From NCBI RefSeq assembly GCF_006345805.1, contig NC_043011.1, positions 62,942,464-63,006,463 on the forward strand: a stretch of 64,000 nucleotides of DNA. Direction: 5' to 3'. The notes below the pieces were generated by a model. That model did no database searches, was not told where the DNA came from, and was given only the letters and a program-made list of their open reading frames with translations. Source of the DNA: Octopus sinensis. Taxonomy: Eukaryota. This document shows, piece after piece, positions 52,510 through 64,000 of the stretch; within the stretch, counting starts at the first letter, position 1; every line of letters starts with the position of its first letter. The translations under genes were made by a program, and so were the position numbers.

Positions 52510-52650
52510 TGTCTATTATAGGCACAAGGTCTGCAACTTGGGGGAAGGGGATAATCGGTTACCCTGCCCTTACTTAACTAGTACTTAATATATCAACCCC
52601 GAATGGATGAAAACCAAAGTCGACCTGGGAGGAATTTGAATTCAGAATGC
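52510..52650 (-). mobile_element. Degraded family B SINE
   Basis: aggcacaaggtctgcaacttgggggaagggg...gtcgacctgggaggaatttgaattcagaat. Confidence 0.55.
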
Positions 52651-52749
52651 AGTAAATCATCATTTTATCGGGCTGCTACTGTATAACTCTATGAGAGATT
52701 TAGAAATGCAATATTTCTAATTTCATATATATATATATGCGTGGTATTA

Positions 52750-53013
52750 TGTTTATGTATATGTTATATATATATATAATATATAATATAGATATATATA
52801 TATATATATATTATATATGTATGGTATATGTATATATGTATATATAGATATATATATATATATGTATGTATATATGTATATATATATATATGTATATATA
52901 TATGTATATATATGTATATATATATATATGTATATATATGTATATATATATATGTATATATATGTATATATATATATTATATATATATATATATATATAT
53001 GTATAATATGTAT

Positions 53014-53046
<33 letters not shown>

Positions 53047-53090
53047 TATATATGTATATATATATATTATATATAATGTATATATGTATA
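52750..53090. repeat. (TA)n/(TATG)n compound microsatellite
   Basis: Direct reading. Confidence 0.95.
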
Positions 53091-54014
53091 CACTCGCACA
53101 CATATCTGAATGCTTACGGGCATATTTATTTGTGTTTAAGCGAAACGTACAAACAATCGGTGCATTCACAAACATATAATTATCTATATGCCTGTATATA
53201 GAGAGCGGTGAAGGTAAGAGGAAGGCTGCAATACAAATAGGTACGCACCTGTCACAGTGGGTATTTACTATGAATACGAATTATACGAAAGGCGATCTTT
53301 TTTATGATACCTGAAGAAAAATTCACAGCCGCTTTGAAAAATTGGCAGACTTTTAGAGCCTAGCACAACAAAAGGCTATAGAGTGTCACGTTCAATAGTT
53401 ATTGAAACAGCAGGGAAAGGAGAAAGAATGCGATAAAAAGAAATATTCAAGTACTGAGATTAAGCATATGCTACAAGTGTTTTGTTACAACCACATATTA
53501 AATGGTTGTTTGTTTGTTTCTTTACTTTGGTGTTAGAAAGGTATCTGCAACATATTAAAATCCAAACAGTTCGTTAGATGAAGAGAACTGTTGAAATATT
53601 AGCGAGACACACGAGGAAGGGAAAGCATATTGCGAAAGTAGTACAACAAATGTTTCCATCGCTTCTGTTTTTTGTTTTTTTTTGGGGTGGGGGGGTTCAG
53701 TTTCTGGACTTCCGCCATGCTGCGGCACCGCAATGAAGATCTCTTTTTCTTTTCTGTTTTGCCTTTTTTTTTTTTGGTTATGTTTCGAACGAATCAGTGC
53801 TAATGTTACTTTTAAAAAACTTCTGGTACATGTTGGTTCATTCTCTTTGAGCCGGCCGCTATATTAAGGGATCATAAACAAACCAAGGCCGGTTGTTTGT
53901 AAAGAAATGGGGAGTGTCAAACACAAAATGACACTCACAAGTACATACATATACGTACAGAGTGTGTATTTGTGTGTGAGTGTGTGTGTGTGTGAACGCG
54001 TGTGGCTAGTGGTT

Positions 54015-54680
54015 AGTGTATTTTCCTCTTCTTTCAATCAAGACAATTCTCTCAAAATTCCCATTTGCTGCTGCTGCTGAAGTTGTTTCAATTCTTCCGT
54101 GTTCAATGCTGTGGTCGGTCAGTAACTTTTTCACGCCTTCATTGCCTAAAGACAGAATATCCTCCACAACAACAAAATCTTCAGTTTCAAAGTGCTTGAA
54201 GACTCTGCCGCCAACAAAATCTGGACGCAGTTTCGGTCATCCAAACTCATGGCCCCCTAACTCTCCAATGATCTTAGTCAATGAGAAGAAATCAATAGTT
54301 TATATTCAACTCAGGATTCCAGGCGTCTCCGATTTGTTCTTTATTTCTAGTTCAGAGTTTGTTTCAAAATACATTTGAATCAGTGCTTTGTTGTAGAGAT
54401 TATTACAGGTTGAAACCACGTTCTGATCCATGGGCTGGATTAGAGGATTAATCTTAAGTGCAGGAACGGCTCTGCAAACAAATCTGACACTTCCGCGTAA
54501 TTGTCTGCAAAGTCTGGAGGGTGAGCAGACGATTTCATAGAGCAGACGATTTCGTGGGGCAGACGATTTCGTGGAGCAGACGATTTCGTTACATTGTTTA
54601 AGTGTTATTACTTTTTTGAAAGTATCTGTTGGCACTTGGAGCAACGACTTCATGGTTCTACTCAATGAGAAATGGTCTAT
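54015..54680 (-). mobile_element. Tigger/pogo-like transposase remnant (DDE_1 C-terminal region)
   Basis: INPLIQPMDQNVVSTCNNLYNKAL (LIQPMDQ motif) and downstream ILSLGNEG..KLLTDHSIE; four 17-bp-period gcagacgatttc repeats at 54525-54587. Confidence 0.75.
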
Positions 54681-55411
54681 GCCTTAAAATCAGTGGTCAA
54701 TGACATATATTTGAATAGTAAATGTATATCAGATATTTTCTATTGTTATATTTCGGGGAAGTCATTTTTTGTTGCCAAATAAACACATGCACTATACATT
54801 CATTCTCCACTTGTTTAATATTGTCCTTATTTAATTCACTTAGAGCATTCTCTGGATGAAACAGAGCAAGGGGACAAGTAGGATAGTCATTGAAGAGACC
54901 TAAGGTTGTATAACGAAAGATTTCCAGGCTATGGATGTAAAATAAGGACAATAAAAAACAAGTGGAAGAACGTGTAATGCGTGCGTCTAGTTGGCAAGAA
55001 GAAAAAACATAACCATCATAAAGTATAATATATTTGTTCCAGTCCAATATTTCACGTCTGGAATCTTAAAAAAAACCCAAAAAACAAATACATAAACGTA
55101 AATCAATATTTTCTGGTTTTGCAGCAATTATATTCTTCCCTACCAGAGGAGCAGAACCATAGCCTGGCGGCAATTCGCGCCAACATCAAATGAGAAGAGA
55201 AGTAAGTGATCTTCACAAATCAAGATTTCTTAAAAAATGAGATGATATGAAACGTAGGACAAGCGACATTATGTCTTGCTTAAGATATCTAGATGCGGTC
55301 TGTTCATTTAAAAAAAAAAAACTCCTTACGTTGCTGTTGGCAACCTCATTAATGGCATGTGCTCAGTTTTCAAATTAGTTGAGAAACAGTCTCCTTACGT
55401 TCATACACACG

Positions 55412-55446
<35 letters not shown>

Positions 55447-55513
55447 TACATACATATACACATTCATACACACCCATATATATACGTATATATATATCCA
55501 TACATACATATAT

Positions 55514-55562
<49 letters not shown>

Positions 55563-55767
55563 AGGGTAAGATCTTTAATTAATTTAACGGTTCTATCAAG
55601 TGGCCAGCATGGAAGTAAAAAGCTTCAAAGGTAATAATTATTATGAAAATTATAACTTAGGGCATCTACAAGATACCGCCATGCTGACACTAAAACCACA
55701 TAAAGTGTTCATATAGCACAAGGAGAGAAGACAAAAAGACACAAAAAAACTACTAAAAAATTATTGG

Positions 55768-55831
55768 ATATTTCCAGATCCCGGATTTCTGGCTTTGCAT
55801 TTGGAAATGCTTTGCCTCATCAGTGGAATAT
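55768..55831 (-). ncRNA. Type I hammerhead motif (AUC triplet, one extra A before GAAA)
   Basis: ttcca CTGATGA ggc-aaa-gcattt-cc-aaatgc-aaa-gcc a GAAA tcc-g-gga TC tggaa; element lies between (TA)n tracts. Confidence 0.7.
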
Positions 55832-55852
55832 ACGCAGAGGGAAAAATAAATA

Positions 55853-55886
<34 letters not shown>

Positions 55887-56026
55887 ACATACGAATACTT
55901 ACATATGCGAACGTATACATACATATATATGCACGTATGCAACATGACCAGTTTAAAATGCCAGCTTCTTAATTCCATGTGCGTTATGGTTAAAACATCA
56001 CTGCAGTAAATACAATGACGAAATAA

Positions 56027-56081
<55 letters not shown>

Positions 56082-56919
56082 AAAAGAATCTGAAAATAAA
56101 CTAGCTTTTTGAAAATATTTATTAACTTAACCGGTTTTTCACTCATTAAAAAAGATTTTTGAGAAATAAAGTTTGAGGGTTGATGTGCCGCCTCTGTTGT
56201 GTCAAAAATTATTTTACACAAATGTATTCAAGTCAAGTGATAGAGTCTCTGACCATAATAAAAGATTTGGGGCTTTGTGTATCCTCTGTGATGAGTCAGT
56301 TGTCATTAAATCATTCAGATTAGATAGTAAAAGTTTGTAATAACGATAAAAAGACAAAAATTACTAGATTTTTGAGACCCTTCTAAAGGTCTTGCATCTA
56401 GATGGAGTTTGGAGTTATAAAAGAGCGTGGCATTTATTCTGTATAAACTCTTCCTTTTATCCAAAATTGATAAATCTCGATGATATTAAATGCAATTGAA
56501 ACCCAGTATTCCTTTTCAGATATAAAATATTAGTGTGGATGCGTGATGGTAGCAGGTCACAATGTAGTTGACGATTAATGAACAGGTTTTCAGAGCATTT
56601 GCCTGCGTGACATATAAGTGAAGAATGGTGTGCATTTGCCTGGAAGTGTGGGTTGTGTTTTGTTCTTGGAAATATAGCTAGGCGGGTGTGTGCGTGTGTA
56701 ATTGTGTGTCTATGTATGTGTGCGTGTGTGTGTCCATGAGTATGTCCGTGGTGCGGTTGCCTGGGCGGTCTGTATGCGCGCATATGTGTATGATGTGTGT
56801 ACACAGCAGAGTCCAATGTCAATCTTTCTTCAAGCGGCTTCACTGTGCTTCATTTAGCTTTGTTACTACGGCAGCTGTTCTGATTCTTATTGATCAGACT
56901 AGTATATATATATATAATA

Positions 56920-56966
<47 letters not shown>

Positions 56967-56970
<4 letters not shown>

Positions 56971-57395
56971 TAATAGTTATCACCAAGCTAATATGGCAGT
57001 CCATAAATATAGGACGAAAGCTGCCGTTGATTAGCCCCAAGAGCCCATCGCCTCTAGCTAGCTATATGACACACGAAGCTGTGTCCATTATAACCTTCGA
57101 ACAGGGGAGGTAAGCCGTTTCCCCTTGCTGGTCAGGCATCTGCAGACATGTTTCAGGATATACGCCCTTTATCAATGCACAGTAGCCGTCCGTTCGAAGG
57201 ATTATTTACCTAAATTCAGTGGAATACATCCACTGGTTTTCAAAAATAGAAATATTATTATTTCTAAGTCTCTCTAAAGGAGACTACGGCAGTGATACTG
57301 GATATTAATAGTAATCGCCAAGCTAATATGGCCGTCCATACATATAGGACGAACGCTGCCGTTGATTAGTTGCAAGAGGCCATCGCCACGAGCTA
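56967..57395. repeat. 94-bp imperfect direct repeats (56967-57060, 57302-57395; period 335) at the 3' side of the PLE remnant
   Basis: atattaatagt.atc.ccaagctaatatggc.gtccata.atataggacgaa.gctgccgttgattag...gagc/gaggccatcgcc...agcta occurs twice. Confidence 0.8.
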
Positions 57396-57399
57396 TTGG

Positions 57400-58180
57400 T
57401 TTCAATTACTATGAGTAGAAGAGCTGCACTCGGGTGTTCATAGTCTCTAACCAAAGTTCAGAATCAAGGACAAGGAGTTTATTTTTAGAGTGCCTAATGG
57501 CGTAATCTATAGTGAGCTTAATATTTTGGTGGAAGGAGTCAGCTACGTGCTGGAGGCTCTCTAATATGCTCCTCTCAGTTTCTACATTATAGTTACTACA
57601 GTTTGTCCTAACTAGAATGTTAATGTCACCATCTACATGCGTACAATAAAGCAAAATAGTTGTGGATTGTTCCTCTACGGATTGTTTAAATTTTCTATCC
57701 CACCAAGCCATGAAGGGGCTGGCCACACCAACAGTAATGACCGCACCGTCAAACCTGCCTGTATAGGTTCCTGTTAAATTTTACAATATCGTTCTTCAAG
57801 GTGGTTCTTAGGCCAGCCCTTATTGCATGTGCAATCATTCTTTACACTTGGCTGTTGTCGTCAGGGTCCTGAGTGTTTATGATGCAGTCAATCCAGCGAT
57901 CTGCGGTAGTTTTCCTTATTGTGAAGGTGATAGTGTTTGGTATTCCCCTGTTTGAACTGATGGAGCAAAATCTAATAAGGTCATAATGGCTAACAACATG
58001 CCGAAGACCAGCATTGAGGCACACTCGGTCAGCTTGACGTCCGCATTTTCTCCAAGCAGCCGAAGGACCCAACACTTCGACAGATACAAGAATGCCTCCA
58101 CATAAATGAATCATCTGCATTGCTAAATAGGAAATATACGTAGAAGGTAGTCGTACCCCAAAACCCACAGTTTATATATG
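57400..58180 (-). mobile_element. Penelope-like element reverse transcriptase remnant
   Basis: VKFNRNLYRQ, FMAWWDRK, LLYCTHVDGDIN (YVDD-like), VADSFHQNIKLTIDY...LLVLDSELW match the PLE RT domain 4-7 layout; frameshifts and stops. Confidence 0.7.
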
Positions 58181-58266
58181 CACAGGTAGAGTTGTTAGAA
58201 GACTGCTACGTAGATGTATATATACGCACAAACATATAAACATAAAAAGTTTACATATATGTGTAT

Positions 58267-58315
<49 letters not shown>

Positions 58316-58333
58316 GTATATATTATATATATA

Positions 58334-58870
58334 TGTGCACATACACATATATACGCATACACACACATACATAAATATGCTTATGCAAATGCACACGGAC
58401 GCACACACATGGACACGAACAAAGAAACGGTCAAAGTGAAAAAGTATGGAAGAGGTTGCAAGACGCAACGAATGACTGAAAATCGAACCTGTCACTGCTA
58501 TAAGTAATAAGGCACTAAAAGAGAATTCTCTCCGCAGATATAATAAAGTACGCTTCAACACACGAATTCACATATAGAATTTTTACAAACCACATGCAAA
58601 GACGAAATATATATAAACATAAGTTATATTCATACCCGTTTTAACATGGCTATCCGTTACGAATATTACTTCTTGCTACAACTGCTGCGTAGATTTTAGA
58701 AATAATATTTTTGCTATAGATGTTAACTTGTCCTGTTCTCTATTTATTCTCGTTGTTTACATATTTCACTCGTTTTTCCCTAGGTTGTTTACGCATTTCA
58801 TGTTATTTGCACTGTTGGGACTCCCCCTGCACCCATATATATATACATATAAATAAATATATATATATGT

Positions 58871-58904
<34 letters not shown>

Positions 58905-59415
58905 ATGTGCACATACAATATATACGCATACACACACATACATAAATATGCTTATGCAAATGCACACGGACGCACACACATGGACAACGAACAAAGAAAC
59001 AGTCAAAGTGAAAAAGTATGGAAGAGGTTGCAAGGACGCAACGAATGACTGAAAATCGAACCTGTCACTGCTATAAGTAATAAGGCACTAAAAGAGAATT
59101 CTCTCCGCAGATATAATAAGTACGCTTCAAACACACGAATTCACATATAGAATTTTTACAAACCACATGCAAAGGACGAAATATATATAAACATAAGTTA
59201 TATTCATACCCGTTTTTTTAACATGGCTGTCCGTTACGAATATTACTTCTTGCTACAACTGCTGCGTAGATTTTAGAAATAATATTTTTGCTATAGATGT
59301 TAACTTGTCCGTTCTTATTATTATTTCTCGTGTTTACATATTTCACTCGTTTTTCCCTAGGTTGTTTACGCATTTCATGTTATTTGCACTGTTGGTGACT
59401 CCTGCACCCATATAT
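58334..59415. repeat. Tandem duplication of ~510 bp unique sequence (period 572)
   Basis: tgtgcacatac...gaaagtatggaagaggttgc...ctgcacccatat at 58334 and 58906; differences are mostly 1-bp indels. Confidence 0.9.
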
Positions 59416-59448
59416 ATATACATATAAATAAATATATATATATGTATA

Positions 59449-59486
<38 letters not shown>

Positions 59487-59760
59487 TATATAATATATGT
59501 ATATATATAATATATATATATATAAATATTATAATATATAAAAAACATGTACACACATATAGACATATGTATAAACGTCTGTATATATCTGTAATATATA
59601 TGTATATATATATAATAAATAAATAAATAAATAAATATATATATAGAGTATATAATATAAATAAATAAATAAATAAATATATATATATATGTATATATAT
59701 ATAAATAAATAAATAAATAAATATATATATATATGTATATATATGTAAATAAATAAATAA

Positions 59761-59790
<30 letters not shown>
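59410..59790. repeat. (TA)n/(TAAA)n compound microsatellite
   Basis: Direct reading. Confidence 0.95.
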
Positions 59791-59792
<2 letters not shown>

Positions 59793-62247
59793 CACGCAGA
59801 GAGACACAACAGCAATGATGTCATTAACTCACAGCGATAAGTCGTGTGAGAAAGATGTAGGGAAATGATTGTGCGTGTGCATTTGTGTGCGTGTGTGTTT
59901 TTGGGGATGGATGAATGTATACTTTACACCTACCCAAACTCCGGAGGCCGGAGGCCATAACCTAAGAAATCTTATATTTCATTGTCACCAACAGAGAACC
60001 AACGCTAACGTTTGCGTACCCTTAGGTTTAGTTCTTCATAAACGTCGTAACTGAACTGAATATTTACTTTCTCTATTTACTATAAACATATTTACCTGAA
60101 ATTGGAGAAAACTTTTCAGCACATACCTTGCTGCTCGTATATAATTTCCATTCACAGAAACTCAGAACAAAATGCTACCCTATGAAAACTTAGTAACTCT
60201 ACATAACGTTGCTTACAATACATACTGTGAGCTGGAATATCACTCTGCCTGATTAGCGATTTTAGTTTTCATAATTATGTTGGTTAAACTTGAAATAATA
60301 AATTACATTTTAATTGCTTACATCGGTTGTCGTTTGCCTTATCTTTCCTGATCTCGTATTAAGTAATTAAATAACCAGTGTTAATGTCACTAATCATACG
60401 TTGATCCTTAACACAGGCACGTTTCCTGTGTTCAGCAAAAACTTCTCAGGAGCTCAATTCCGGGAACTAAATATTACATACACACAAACATGCATGCATC
60501 CACATATGTCTACACACATATACCTATTTGACTACCTTTCTGTATATATAGACACATATACACACAATCATACACGCATACACACACATATAATTACTTG
60601 AATGTGTATAATGATGATACGTTTCAGCAGATCCAACGTGAAAATAAAATGTTTTAGTATTGCATTTCGCCTTGGGAGATCAACTTGTTGACAACGCTCT
60701 CAGTTCAGTGACGTTAGAGGCATTGATGCACCGGTGATTCTTGTTGCTTATGACACTTTCGTTAAAACTACCACCGGACCAACGATTGTATACAACCATG
60801 CTTCTTCCTGTTTCTAGAATTTACCTTATTTGCAGTCGTGTGCTGTTGTCTGCAAAATTCTAATAATTCTAATAAATCACCAGCACATAAAACAGCCACA
60901 GTCGAAAAGGTGATGTGCGTATATATTCACAAAGGGGTCCAGGCTTATAATAATAAGTATTGTATTTTGTCTTCAATGACGTATTTCGCCGAGTCTACCT
61001 GCTTGCCTATATACGTAAGTACGTATATATGTACGTACGCACGGACGTACCTCCCTCCCTCCCTACCTAACTCTCTACCTACCTACCTACCTCCCTACCT
61101 ACCTCCCTACCTACTTACCTATCTATTTTCATTACTATCTGTCTATCAATTTACATATGTATGAAACTGTTTATCTTTCTAACTATCTAGCTAGCTAGCT
61201 ACCTCACTCTCTCTCTATGTATATCTATCTATCTCCCTCTCTCTCTCTCTCTCTATCTCTCTATCTATCTATCTATCACATCTACTTCTCTGCCACTTGA
61301 TGTTTATAGTTGCTTAATCTGACAACACGGATTTCCATTCAAGACGTAATACTAAATGCAAATATAGAAATCCACGGCCTTTAGTTTGGAAAACACAACA
61401 AAGTAACAATTACATCTATCTTTTTACATAAGGTTGCAATACTTTAAATGACTACTCATATAATAAGTCGTCCATCTTTCTTATCATCTATATATAGAAA
61501 TATCTATCTACGTGGATAAGGAGGGTTATTGAGGCCGCGTTCCTTTCTCTAAACATGCACATGCACCCGTATACAAACACTCACAAACACAGAAAAGCAC
61601 ACGGTCGTCCTGCCCTCTCCTCTCTCTTTTCCTCCTCTCTAAACTTTACCACGCAGCTCTACCCTTAACAGGTTCTCATTTCCTCGGTCTTTTCCTTCAA
61701 GAATGAAAGTAATCGCTTTCTCCTATCCCTCACCGCTACCACGATCCATCTGTTTGTCTCCCCGCTTAATTACACATTTTAGAGCATCAAACATTTGGCC
61801 TCTGCATCTAAACAAACCGATTCTTCACCAAGGTCAGCCATTGCAATGTCGATCGTTACATAAAAAAAAAAAAAATTACCATTACAATTTAAAGCGTCCA
61901 GCTGTCAGAAGTTTTAGCGCTCGGAAATTTGCCATGTAGTATATGTTTCGCATTATTGTATTCTATGCTGAAAGCGGGCAGAGGTCAACTTTGCTATCTC
62001 TAACTTTAAGAGAATATTCAGCATTGCCAATCATATAACTAAATCAAAAACAATTAGTCTCATTGTTAATAAACATATTGTAACTGTTATTAGTAATTAG
62101 TACACAATATAAATATTGCTTAACAATTACATTTGTATTTATATGTCTCATTATAAATGCGCATTAATGTATCCATTCGAACTAATTTATATAAAAAAAT
62201 ACGTAAACGTTAGACAAACACACACACAAACACACAGACAGTGGGTG

Positions 62248-62278
<31 letters not shown>

Positions 62279-63283
62279 ACAGACAGTGTGGTGCATTAAG
62301 AGCTGCACCAAGAGTAAAAACCTAATATTTCTGCGCGTGTATATATATGTTTGTATGTGAGTGTATACGTACATACATACATACACACACACAAACACAC
62401 ACACACATATATGTATGTATGTATATATTTATAAATACAGGTATACATATATATAAATATACATATACATATATACATAATATATATATATATATACATA
62501 CATTACATACATACATCATATATATATATATATAATATATATACATAGATATATATATATATATATATGTATATGTATGTATGTGTGTATGTATGTATGT
62601 ACTTATAATTGTATGTATGTAGACAGTTGTAAAAACGGACATTAACGGAAGATAGACACGCCACATGGAATATTCCATTTCTTTTCTCATTTACTTTGTC
62701 TTCTGTTCTTTTAGAAATATTTCCTGCATTGTTTAGTCCACAGAATTCTCCTTTTGTGCAAGGAACAACATTCGATTACGATGGCCACGTGAAACATATT
62801 TCTGTTTATTCAAACTTTTAACAACTTCGTATCGCATGTGCATTCAGGTACACATACACACAACCAGAGAAGTACACATACATGTAGATAAGCTTTCACT
62901 CGTCGATTACAGATGTTTTGAAATAAGCTATCTACTTTACTGATTATTCGTAGAAACGTTGAGGCTTATGCAGATATGGAAAATATCGACGTATTTGAGA
63001 CAAAGCAATGTATAATACGATTGGCAGGTTGGGTCATACAGACTGACCAGTGAGGGATATCACACGACTACCGTATTATTTCTTCACCGGAATTTAGTAG
63101 ACTCTGGGCCAGAGATTGACAAAGGATAACGTATATAACTTTTTAATATCGATTAGAAATTTGCGTTATAATGTTACATGAACTTCCACACACTCTCACG
63201 AACAGTCACACACACGTATATACACAGGTGTGCTAGTATATATATATATATATATATATATATGCTGATTCGTACACGCACAT

Positions 63284-63362
<79 letters not shown>

Positions 63363-63364
63363 GC

Positions 63365-63611
63365 GCTGGACTGAAAATATAGCACAAAGGGCGCCATGTT
63401 TACGCCACTGTCGCAATCCAGAGAAAATCACAAGATGTCCTCAACTCGTTGTCTGAAAACGACTTCCATGCCCGATTGTAAAATTGACAGGAACGCTAGG
63501 ACCAGTGTACAGCTGCGCAAGGTGACTATTTCGATGGACAGGTTAAACTACCGTGAAAAAGATATTTTTTATTAAGCATAACTTGTCCGAGTACGTTTTG
63601 ATACGACCTTG
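63365..63611 (+). mobile_element. Mariner 3' fragment with terminal inverted repeat
   Basis: VAIQRKSQDVLNSLSENDF...QER*DQCTAAQGDYFDG (mariner C-terminus); ends ttttgatacgaccttg followed by TA. Confidence 0.75.
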
Positions 63612-63981
63612 TATACGCATACACAAAAGAGAGAGAGAGAGAGAGAGGAGGAAAAGAGAATAATAGGAAAATAGATAGAGCATAAAAATAGATAGATAAT
63701 AGATGGTTAGGTAGAGAGACCAAATTTGTGAAACACATTTTGGCTGTTTGATTAATTACACTGAGAGCGGTAGCAATGGGCAATGTGTTTCAGTGTTGTA
63801 CTCCCTAGATTCACCCTATGGAATCCAATAAATTTTAAACTCTACTTGATATCTGAGGTTTTGAGATGTTTTAGATATGTCTAAACCAAGTAAAACAAAA
63901 AGATTGGTATATTTGAATGTTTACTTAAAGAATATCGCTATACTTGAAATAAACTTACGTGACCCTCAGACGGAAAATCCG

Positions 63982-64000
63982 TTTCGTTTTTTTCCTCCAG
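63982..64000 (+). promoter_or_regulatory. Possible 3' splice acceptor at the window end
   Basis: Polypyrimidine tract tttcgtttttttcctc followed by CAG; the exon, if any, is outside the window. Confidence 0.35.

Noticed and set aside
53305-53350. CTGAAGA...GAAA
   Set aside because: G at the cleavage position and no helix I.
54525-54587. Short regularly spaced repeats as a CRISPR-like array
   Set aside because: 12-bp repeats with 5-bp near-identical spacers in eukaryotic DNA; a minisatellite, with no cas genes.
60690-60800. Short open frames (FSDVRGIDAPVILVAY...; minus AWLYTIVGPVVVLTK, resembling a GPCR TM segment)
   Set aside because: Too short, bounded by stops, with no supporting splice-site pair.

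Overview
AT-rich animal genomic DNA, packed with microsatellites and transposon debris. The SINE types and (TA)n/(TATC)n/(ATT)n density point to a cephalopod, probably Octopus (inference). No intact host protein-coding exon can be supported; almost all ORFs in the track are microsatellite read-through. The window ends in a possible + strand splice acceptor, so it may be intronic. Recognisable content: mariner, Tc1 and Tigger/pogo transposase remnants; RTE, CR1-like, Tx1/L1-like and restriction-like-endonuclease (R4/Dong-type) LINE fragments; a Penelope-like (PLE) RT remnant; a Helentron-type non-autonomous element; many tRNA-derived SINEs; and an ~8 kb GTT/CTT satellite with ~1.1 kb higher-order periodicity. 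The main unexpected signal is a dense set of type I hammerhead ribozyme (HHR) motifs from several unrelated sequence families. They sit in retrozyme-like units with terminal direct repeats or in long fold-back inverted repeats, mostly next to (TA)n tracts. One fold-back element has ~497-bp arms, a GIY-YIG tail and a 196-aa ORF. Folds were paired by eye and ribozyme activity is untested.
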